A stretch of 64,000 nt of DNA from Clostridia bacterium. GTDB lineage: Bacteria > Bacillota > Clostridia > Christensenellales > UBA1242. The stretch is from NCBI GenBank assembly GCA_017467585.1, contig JAFUSR010000004.1, positions 219,563 through 283,562 of the forward strand, read 5' to 3'. This document shows, piece after piece, positions 57,901-64,000 of the stretch. Position 1 is the first letter of the stretch; the number at the start of each line of letters is the position of its first letter. The notes under the pieces were generated by a model. It saw only the letters and a list, made by a program, of their open reading frames with translations. It was not told where the DNA came from and ran no database searches. Made by a program: the position numbers and the translations under genes.

Positions 57901-58960
57901 GGATGTTAACACTTGTAGCATCCTGTGGTCTTGTTGCGATAAACAAATAATATTGAACCCATTTTCCTTCAGTTGAAATTCCACTTACAACTGCATCAAA
58001 GTTTGTTCCTGTGAGTTCAAGTGTTGCGGTTGCATCACCAGCTGTGTAAACCCAAACAGAAACAGCATAATAACTATTGTTTGTGAGAGATAGGGTTGAT
58101 GTTCCTGAAGATTTTGTTGATGTGTAGAGATAAAGTTTGTTTTCTTCCCATTCATAATCTCTTTTGAAATAGAGAGAATATTTTGTGATATCAAACTCTG
58201 CAAGTGATTCTTCTGCTGTAACAGGGTCACTTGATGCTTCGGTTTTGATTGAAGAATAGTCTTCTGTGTCGGTTCCGATGTATGTGTAGTCTGAGCCATC
58301 ATAGGTTGACTCGTGTTGGTTGATAACTGCATAGCGAAGGTTGGTAGATGTGTAGCCAAGAACCTCGTTAAGCTTTGCAACTTTTGTTTTAAGCTCAGCA
58401 ATTTTTTCAAGATGTTCTGCTTCTGTGTTAGAACCTTGAGTAATTAAAAGGTAAACGACATTGAGTTCTTCGTCGTCTTTAACAACTGTGTTATATGTGC
58501 TCTTATAGTTCTTTTTAGCAACTCTATAATCGTTTGTGACAATCATGCCACCAAAGTTGTCGGCAGTGTCGATATCTGAAAGGTTATCGATGTTGTCGCG
58601 TTCTTCTTTTTGTAGAGTAATTCCATTGAACTTAACAATAGGATAGTAAATTTTGCTATCCTTGTTATTTGTTACATAACTAATCAAGTCCTGACGAGCA
58701 GAAATGTCAACTTTTCCACTATTTATTGAAGAACTTGTGTCGCTGTTGCTTATGCTAAACTGGTTGGTTGAAAATTCATATTGGTCAACCTCTGCCTTGT
58801 AAGTATAAGTTGTCTCTTCAGATGAAGAGTCTGCTGCAAATGAAACATTGTTTGCTAGAGAATAAGCAAATGGAAAGTTAAATGAAAGTAACATTGCAAT
58901 TGCAAGCACCAAACTGAAAAAATTAAATTTTGATTTGTGATTAGTTTTTTTGATTGTCAT
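54965..58960 (-). CDS. Giant (1331 aa) secreted, C-terminally membrane-anchored surface protein with repeated beta-sandwich-like modules
   Basis: An N-terminal signal/TM is present (FNFFSLVLAIAMLLSFNFPFAYS). At least four modules share the pattern Y.VSVW.Y...ATA.L ... W..Y.L, for example YYAVSVWVYTAGDATATLEL and VYRVSVWAYSEDSEATATARL. A Ser/Asp-rich linker follows, and then a C-terminal TM with KRKRKKG. Confidence 0.65.
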   Translation of the reverse strand: MTIKKTNHKSKFNFFSLVLAIAMLLSFNFPFAYSLANNVSFAADSSSEETTYTYKAEVDQYEFSTNQFSISNSDTSSSINSGKVDISARQDLISYVTNNKDSKIYYPIVKFNGITLQKEERDNIDNLSDIDTADNFGGMIVTNDYRVAKKNYKSTYNTVVKDDEELNVVYLLITQGSNTEAEHLEKIAELKTKVAKLNEVLGYTSTNLRYAVINQHESTYDGSDYTYIGTDTEDYSSIKTEASSDPVTAEESLAEFDITKYSLYFKRDYEWEENKLYLYTSTKSSGTSTLSLTNNSYYAVSVWVYTAGDATATLELTGTNFDAVVSGISTEGKWVQYYLFIATRPQDATSVNIRLYYGDTYGVTGKNKKMSDYGSEENHYLANRLSGAVFFDNLNLYTINYTDFINQTINGFAPNAIAKKYIASTISDITTIQNNKQAVLKTEIIDEKEVVSLDHYTYSTYNNDAELSVVDTYVDRFGATNWVNPTFDPTLQSLADQETDDLVYEAGEAEIDSLNFDTYLSNNAYPFSYYMPRYSAGTTWLTDAEKAVYRNLYANGSLTAKVVKEAETFPEYERVVLDELGNVVQEEQIVDEQTQKVDKKETVRNNTFGENNEILELKNTSSYDLGVVSCALFVPTAAVYRVSVWAYSEDSEATATARLFSAIKTKSASVYGQLITASNTATDFEYNSNSTNGWKEIVLYVKGNPVASQFVYLTLLASKNTTVYFDNIKVESITSSSFVSSSGIDLSSYGILTSNITNGNFNSFSITAEDDTATYPYTADSWTIISNSTSTGVVRGVISTDDNNYEKVVPARDKDGNIEYLDQERIFIDGGVEKYTEEDDTVITLEYGVNYLKDFAGKYVRATTVKKLFGNQTVPKTVIDVNGTDVELTRENVYAVSLPDTGDEEQSKFLMRSSSINFSANKLYKLTFQVWFGTNFDGKFVARLTNGTSDDAKTIASINLKVDGTTETATEGTWQTFTVFVRTGNESVGMPLLLGSENSKGTMFVQKVDYVELSEKTYGNVKVSIDDQYDEEFNNACVNGFDSVVSGEVRVTRFVDLKNNNFSNHSAKADENGIFEAYGYALETISESASYTQGQVGVVDLNKGFTYNETAATGAVLNPNTAATTALVIINNDTTDFTAVNSVFDNTISNKKCVKVTIDVLTSDMGEDKGLTIFANGFDVEIDNISESTGWKTYTFYLRTGETSIGTFALNFALGREENGYTGWAMLSNMKIVELTEDEYNTATTAEGISEDKTVAIKSLAKEETSDDSSSDASSQSNFSWQLFFYVLSSILLVGSLVVALVAIIVKRKRKKGPAKEIATEDKTKSEGGIQ

Positions 58961-59120
58961 GATTTCACCTTGTTTTAAATTTTAGTTACAAAAGATATTC
59001 TAACATTGACTGACGAAAAAATCAAGTTTTTATTTGTTATTTATATAAATAATTAACATAACCTTTCAATAATAAAAGGGCCAACAAATAATATTGGGTA
59101 GTGTTGCAGATAATAGAATT

Positions 59121-59501
59121 ATGAAGAGGAAAAAAAAGAATTGGCTGCTTGCGGCGTGTGGATTAATTGTTGGTGCGGTGAATGGACTATTTGGGGCTGG
59201 TGGCGGAATGCTTGTGGTTCCAGTGTTTTCAATTGTTGAAAAATTGGAACAGAAAAAAAGCCACGCAACTGCGGTTATAACCATGTTGCCCATTTGCTTG
59301 TTTTCGTCCATTGGTTATTTAGCTAGTGGAGTGGTTGAATTTAAACCGCTAATTTTTGTGATGATGGGGAGCATTGTTGGTGGTCTTGTTGGGGCGTTTG
59401 CGTTGTGTAAAATAAAAAACGATTTTCTGGTGATAATTTTTTATATTTTGATGATTTTTGCAGGAGTTTTTTCGATTTTGAAGCAATATAACGTAATTTG
59501 A
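59121..59501 (+). CDS. TauE/SafE-family half-size permease (N-half-like, 4 TM)
   Basis: GAVNGLFGAGGGMLVVPVF is the TauE signature. The protein is about 126 aa. ATG 59121 is preferred over the track start at 59094. Confidence 0.7.
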   Translation: MKRKKKNWLLAACGLIVGAVNGLFGAGGGMLVVPVFSIVEKLEQKKSHATAVITMLPICLFSSIGYLASGVVEFKPLIFVMMGSIVGGLVGAFALCKIKNDFLVIIFYILMIFAGVFSILKQYNVI

Positions 59502-59600
59502 TTGAAATATTGCAGTTTTTGTATGGTTTTATGATTTAAGAACATAAAATTGCGGCAAAAAATCGCAAAAAACACAATATAACATTTAAATGGAGCTAAA

Positions 59601-60002
59601 ATGCAGGTTGTTTGGTTGATAATTGCTGGTTTTTGTGGTGGAATTATCGCAGGAATGGGTATGGGCGGGGGCACATTGTTAATTCCCGTTTTGACCTTAT
59701 TTTTTGGGTTTTCTCAAAAACTTTCTCAGGCGATAAACTTGATAGTTTTTTTGCCGGTTTCGATTGTTTCTATTTTTATTTATGCCAAGAAGAGGCTTAT
59801 AGATTTCACTGTGTGGTGGAAGGTGACTCTTCCTGCTTCGCTTGTTGCTGTGGTACTTTCTTTTTTTGCGGCTCAAGTTTCGTCTAGTTTTTTGCGTGTT
59901 GCATTCGCAGTATTTTTGATTTTGATTGCTGTTGTTCAAATTGTAATTTTTTGTTATAAAAAACTAAAAAATGGCAATTCAGGTAGAAATAATTCAAAAT
60001 AA
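59601..60002 (+). CDS. TauE/SafE-family half-size permease (second half-like, 4 TM)
   Basis: The signature GGIIAGMGMGGGTLLIPVL is present. The 133-aa protein has its own RBS (TGGAG) after a 99-nt spacer. Confidence 0.7.
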   Translation: MQVVWLIIAGFCGGIIAGMGMGGGTLLIPVLTLFFGFSQKLSQAINLIVFLPVSIVSIFIYAKKRLIDFTVWWKVTLPASLVAVVLSFFAAQVSSSFLRVAFAVFLILIAVVQIVIFCYKKLKNGNSGRNNSK

Positions 60003-60091
60003 ATTAATTTATTTTAAATAGTGTTCAATTTTGTTTTACTTTCATCTTTAATTTTTGTTAAAATAGTTATATCAAAAATGGAGAGTGAAAA

Positions 60092-61411
60092 GTGGCTATT
60101 AACTTACTAAGTGGTGTTAACTTGCGTATGACTAAAGATGACACCCACATTAACGACATTATTGAAATTCGTCCACCAGAATTGTATTCTGTTCCTGTTG
60201 TTTGCACAAATGGCTATCCTGTTACTGTGACTGTAAAGGTGGGTGACAAAGTTAAAGAGGGAACTTTGATTGCAAAACCATCGCAAAGCAAGGGTGTGTT
60301 TGTGTATAGTCCTACCAGCGGAACCGTTGTTTCGATTGTGGAGAAATTTACACCAACTGGCATGAAGTGTAAGCATGTTGTCATCAAAAATGACAATCTT
60401 TTGCAAGAGCACAATTTTCCTGAAATGACCGACAAATCTCCTAAAGAACTTTTAAAGCGTCTTGCTATTAGTGGAATTGTTGACGCCAACTTTGGTGGTT
60501 CTCCAACATACTTGCGATATACTTTAAATGCAATTGAAAAAAAGTTTAATTTGTATGTAACCATGAGCAATACAGACCCATATTTAACTGCGAACGAGTG
60601 TCTAACTCTCAACAGAACGGCAGAGGTTGTTGGTGGAGCAAAATACTTTGCGTCGCTTTTGGCAAGTGAGTTTATTGTGTTTGTGTTTACTGCTCGTGCA
60701 AGACAGGCTAAAAAACACTTGATTCAATTTTTAAAAAAACATGAGCCAAATCTTAAATATAAAATCAAAACCATTTCTAACAACTATCCTAGTGACAACA
60801 TTCATTTGCTTAACGAAAAGTTTAAAGAATCTCGAAACATGTTTGTTGAAACATATGGAAAAAAAGCATTTGTTGAAGATGCGATAACATGTTTCAGCTT
60901 TTTTAACAGCGTTGAATATGGTAAGCCAAACATGTATAGAGTTATTACCATTTCTGGAAACAACATTATCAGAAAGGGCAACTACATTGTTAAGAGTGGA
61001 ACAACTTTTCAACATGTTTTAGAAGTTGTTGGTGTTAAAACTCCAGACAAGCCATTTAAAATTTTAAATGGAGGAATCATGGGCGGTCTTGCTGAATATT
61101 CTACTGATATTTCTTGCAATCTAGAAACACTTAGTGTTACCTTTGTTGACAACACTGAATATTCCGAAGCAAAAGAATCACCTTGCATCAATTGTGGCAA
61201 GTGTGTTGCAGCATGTCCAATGAATTTGCTGCCTAACGTTCTTGATGACTATTGCCTTAGAAGAAAGACTTTTGATGCTGAAAGATATGGTGTTAAGAGT
61301 TGCATTGAGTGTGGTTGCTGCAGCTATGTGTGCCCAGCAAGAAGATATTTAGCTCAAAGAATAGGGCTAGTAAAAAGGCAGGTTTCTAGAAGAAAAGGAG
61401 GAAGTAAATAA
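60092..61411 (+). CDS. rnfC: RnfC-like subunit (two 4Fe-4S motifs intact, nucleotide/flavin motif divergent)
   Basis: A GTG start lies 6 nt after GGAGAG. A barrel-sandwich N-terminus is present (VTVKVGDKVKEGTLIAKP). GIVDANFGGSPTYLRY replaces the usual GIVG.GGAGFPT. CINCGKCVAACP and CIECGCCSYVCP are present. Confidence 0.8.
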   Translation: MAINLLSGVNLRMTKDDTHINDIIEIRPPELYSVPVVCTNGYPVTVTVKVGDKVKEGTLIAKPSQSKGVFVYSPTSGTVVSIVEKFTPTGMKCKHVVIKNDNLLQEHNFPEMTDKSPKELLKRLAISGIVDANFGGSPTYLRYTLNAIEKKFNLYVTMSNTDPYLTANECLTLNRTAEVVGGAKYFASLLASEFIVFVFTARARQAKKHLIQFLKKHEPNLKYKIKTISNNYPSDNIHLLNEKFKESRNMFVETYGKKAFVEDAITCFSFFNSVEYGKPNMYRVITISGNNIIRKGNYIVKSGTTFQHVLEVVGVKTPDKPFKILNGGIMGGLAEYSTDISCNLETLSVTFVDNTEYSEAKESPCINCGKCVAACPMNLLPNVLDDYCLRRKTFDAERYGVKSCIECGCCSYVCPARRYLAQRIGLVKRQVSRRKGGSK

Positions 61412-62319
61412 TGAAATTATTGGTTTCTCCAGCTCCTCATAAAATTTCTAGTCAAAGCGTCAACGATATGTATATAACCATTAGCATTGCTTTGTTTGCG
61501 TGCCTATCGGTTGGCTTTATTAATTATGGGGTTAATGTGTTATTGATTGTGGCAACTGCTGTTTTGTCGGCGCTTGCCTCAGAAATTTTGTTTAATTTGA
61601 TCAAAACAAGACAATTTGATTTTCCTAATCTTTCTTGCATTGTTACCGGACTTGTTGTTGCGTGTATTTCGCCAATAAACATGCCGTGGTATTTTGCGGC
61701 AGTTGCCTCTGTTATTGCGATTGGAAGCAAATATCTTTTTGGTGGAATAGGTAATAATTTGTTTAACCCTTCTGCGCTCGCCAGAAGTGTGCTCGGTTGC
61801 TTGGCTCTTGGCTTCAGTTTTGATTATTTTGGTGAAGGAAACACTGCTCTTAAACTCATTTTAACTGGAGAAAAGGGCAGCCTTGAACTTGCCAAATTGT
61901 TTACTGGAGAAGTTGCTGGTGCAATTGGAACAACATGCATCATTATTATTTTGATTGCAATGGTAGCTCTCATTGTGTTAAAGGTGATACGCTTAGAAAG
62001 TGTTGCATTTGCACTGCTTTCTTTCTGTGCTGTTATTTGGATAGCAATGGGGTTTGAAAACATTTTGCCAATGCTTTTAAGTGGTTCGTTTTTGTTTGTT
62101 GTTGTGTTCATGCTTGGCGACCCAACAACATCGTCGTATTCATTTTCAGGCAGATGCGTTTATGCCATTGTGTTTGGTGTGATTGCGGCGCTTACAATGA
62201 GTCACAATGTGTTTGGAGAATCTGCAGTGTTCTTTGCGCTTCTCATAGCCAACTTGTTTGCTCCAATGGCTGACAGAGTTTTTTCAATTTTCCACAGAGG
62301 GGTGAAGTTAAATGATTAG
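61411..62319 (+). CDS. rnfD: RnfD-like membrane subunit
   Basis: The 302-aa polytopic protein carries YLFGGIGNNLFNPSALAR and FMLGDPTTS, typical of RnfD/NqrB. Its ATG overlaps the rnfC stop. Confidence 0.8.
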   Translation: MKLLVSPAPHKISSQSVNDMYITISIALFACLSVGFINYGVNVLLIVATAVLSALASEILFNLIKTRQFDFPNLSCIVTGLVVACISPINMPWYFAAVASVIAIGSKYLFGGIGNNLFNPSALARSVLGCLALGFSFDYFGEGNTALKLILTGEKGSLELAKLFTGEVAGAIGTTCIIIILIAMVALIVLKVIRLESVAFALLSFCAVIWIAMGFENILPMLLSGSFLFVVVFMLGDPTTSSYSFSGRCVYAIVFGVIAALTMSHNVFGESAVFFALLIANLFAPMADRVFSIFHRGVKLND

Positions 62320-62986
62320 AGAACAATCACGTTTTACCATAAACCCATTATATGTTGTTGCGGTTGCCATGTGCACAATATGTCAATATGTTAACACTCT
62401 GCAACAAGGCCTTTTGTTTGGGCTTTTAACGGCTGTCATTTGTTTGCTTTGCACAAATCTTGTGAGCCTGGTTGAAAAGATTGCAGACAAAAACCTTCGT
62501 GCATTTTTAATCACCATGTTAACGGCGGTTATTATTGTAATTTTAGAATATGTTTTTGAGCTTTTAAATTGGGAAATATTAACCGAGAATTTAGATTCAA
62601 TTAAGTGGATTATCATTGCTGTTACCGCACTTAGCATTGTGCCAACATATTTTGAGACAAGACTGACCACAAGACACTATTTTATCAATATGTTCTTTTC
62701 GGTTATCTCATTCTTTGTTTTGATTGTTGTTTATTCAGTCATCATTGAAGTTCTTGGTTTTGGCTCAATTTTTGGCTATGCACTATTTGGAAACTTTGGT
62801 GGTTTTGTGTTTGCAGGGCAACTATACTTTAAGTTGTTTGTCATTGCGCTGCTCATAATTTTAACAAACTTTATTTATCAGGCAGTGGAAGACAGAAAAA
62901 TGAGATTTGACTTGCTTGTTGAAAAATACAAACTTAACATTAAGCAAGTTTTAAACGAAAGAGATGGAAAAGGGGGAACATTATAA
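62312..62986 (+). CDS. rnfE: RnfE-like membrane subunit (divergent)
   Basis: It has 6 predicted TM segments. INPLYVVAVAMCTICQYVNTLQQGLLFGLLTAVICLLCTNLVSLV aligns by eye with E. coli RsxE NNSALVQLLGLCPLLAVT...TLTNLTISTL. The gene overlaps rnfD by 8 nt. Confidence 0.65.
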   Translation: MIREQSRFTINPLYVVAVAMCTICQYVNTLQQGLLFGLLTAVICLLCTNLVSLVEKIADKNLRAFLITMLTAVIIVILEYVFELLNWEILTENLDSIKWIIIAVTALSIVPTYFETRLTTRHYFINMFFSVISFFVLIVVYSVIIEVLGFGSIFGYALFGNFGGFVFAGQLYFKLFVIALLIILTNFIYQAVEDRKMRFDLLVEKYKLNIKQVLNERDGKGGTL

Positions 62987-62987
62987 T

Positions 62988-63557
62988 ATGGCAAACGGAC
63001 TTTTGTGTTTAACCCTTTTAGTGACGTCAAATGTCATGTTAACAAATGGCTTTGGAGCGCTAGGTCTTCAACGCAACAAGAGCAATTTGTGGTTTGTGCT
63101 CTATAACACATTTACCATGATTTTGGTTATTTTGGCCTGCAGTTCTCTATATGCTCTTGCATATGTTTATCTGTTGATTCCTTATAACCTTGAAAGGCTT
63201 GGAATTTTAATTATAGTGATGTTTTCTGCGATCAGCAACTTTGGTGTGCTCGAAATAACAAAACTTGTGAACAAGGAAATGTATTACTATTATGATGCGA
63301 CCTATAGCTTTGTTGTTAACATGGGTCTGACCATCGGAATTATGTTTGTGATTGACTATTCTGGATCATTCGGTGAATCAATGGTTTATGCATGCTTGGT
63401 TTCTGCGGCCTATGCGGTTGCAACGCTTTTGTTTGCATTTGCATATTCAAGAATGCACAATCAAAAGATTTCAAGAATTTTCAGGCCTGTGCCTATAACA
63501 ATTTTAACAATGAGCATAATGGCCATGATAATTTATGCGATTTCTATTTCAATTTAA
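62988..63557 (+). CDS. rnfA: RnfA-like membrane subunit (divergent, conserved Cys absent)
   Basis: [24 protein letters not shown] aligns by eye with RsxA [43 protein letters not shown] aligns with LIPLNLIYLRTLAFILVIA. ATG 62988 follows AAGGGGGA. Confidence 0.65.
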   Translation: [189 protein letters not shown]

Positions 63558-63575
63558 ACAAATGAAGAGGTGTTT

Positions 63576-64000
63576 ATGTTAACGACAATTTTAATTGCAA
63601 TTGGTGTTGTTGTTGGTGTGGTAGGGTTTACCTTGCTCATCAGTTTTTTCATTAACAAAAGCAAGAGGCTTAACAGCAAAGAAACTTTCGTCCACAGCCT
63701 TTTGCCTGAACTAGATTGTGGAAAGTGTGGATGCCCAAACTGTGAGGCCTTTTCTAAGGAAGTTGCGGACGAAAGACAAGACATTTCGGCATGTCCATAT
63801 ATTTTGAAGGCTAACTTATCTAAGGCTAACAGGGTTTTGAAAAAGGGCTACGTTAATAATAGCAACATGATTGCTTGCATTAAGTGTAAAGGCGGAAAAG
63901 ATTGTAAAAACAAATTTGAATATCAAGGCCAACAATATTGCTGGTGTATGGACAGTTTGCATAGTGGTGCAAAGATGTGCGATAGGGCTTGTCTTGGTTG
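63576..64000 (+). CDS. rnfB: RnfB-like ferredoxin subunit, 3'-truncated by the window edge
   Basis: This gene is not in the ORF track because no stop falls inside the window. Translation gives MLTTILIAIGVVVGVVGFTLLISFF...LLPELDCGKCGCPNCEAFSKEVA...ACPY...IACIKCKGGKDCKNKFEYQGQQYCWCMDSLHSGAKMCDRACLG, which matches the RnfB N-terminal TM, the CGxCGxxxC Fe-S domain and the ferredoxin region. Confidence 0.8.
   Translation, partial: MLTTILIAIGVVVGVVGFTLLISFFINKSKRLNSKETFVHSLLPELDCGKCGCPNCEAFSKEVADERQDISACPYILKANLSKANRVLKKGYVNNSNMIACIKCKGGKDCKNKFEYQGQQYCWCMDSLHSGAKMCDRACLG

Noticed and set aside
59094-60002. The split TauE could be a frameshifted pseudogene.
   Set aside because: The two ORFs are separated by 99 nt of non-coding AT-rich sequence, and the second has its own RBS. 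Each is a complete 4-TM unit with its own signature motif, and no remnant coding sequence bridges them. I keep it as a finding (split form) rather than calling it a pseudogene.
63554-63784. The track ORF 63554..63784 (-, 76 aa).
   Set aside because: It is antisense to a clear RnfB-like reading frame that starts at 63576 and runs off the window. The plus-strand frame carries the conserved CGxCGxxxC and ferredoxin motifs.

Overview
The window is a low-GC (roughly 37-40% by eye) Bacillota-type chromosomal segment that uses the standard code; TGA acts as a stop codon, for example for acpS at 30743-30745 and lgt at 33935-33937. Most of it is core housekeeping. It holds the 3' part of prfB, tsaD, and the rpmG-secE-nusG-rplK-rplA cluster. 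A complete S10-spc-alpha ribosomal super-operon runs from rpsJ to rplQ (5449-21173, 31 genes) and includes secY, adk, map, infA, rpmJ and rpoA. After that come DNA-repair genes (alkD-like, ung, recX, uvrB, uvrA), acpP and acpS, a Bacillus-type large SRP RNA on the minus strand that is masked by two spurious long ORFs, groES-groEL, sepF, lgt, glyQS, and an isolated rplJ-rplL with an L10 leader, plus rplI. The window ends with a split TauE pair followed by an Rnf-type cluster that runs off the edge. I found no rRNA, tRNA, CRISPR array, transposase, integrase, reverse transcriptase or recognisable defence island, and I cannot point to an unambiguous novel multi-gene system. The most system-like oddity is the Rnf cluster (60092-64000). 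Its gene order is C-D-E-A-B with no room for rnfG, and by-eye alignment suggests most of the conserved membrane Cys and flavin motifs are lost. Other observations worth follow-up:
- At least six genes have a sigma-A-type -10 box exactly 6 nt upstream of the ATG and no Shine-Dalgarno, which suggests leaderless mRNAs.
- A GC-enriched, roughly 260-nt structured leader precedes rpsJ.
- L30, L24, L29, S5 and L17 carry Lys/Ala-rich or charged extensions, including a tandem 33-nt repeat in rpmD and a Cys4 knuckle in L24.
- One protein fuses a HEPN-like (RNAIVH) domain to a CBS pair.
- A bitopic coiled-coil protein carries nine 11-residue repeats.
- A 1331-aa membrane-anchored surface protein is built from repeated beta-sandwich-like modules.
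All calls come from reading the sequence and the translated ORFs by eye. No database search was run.
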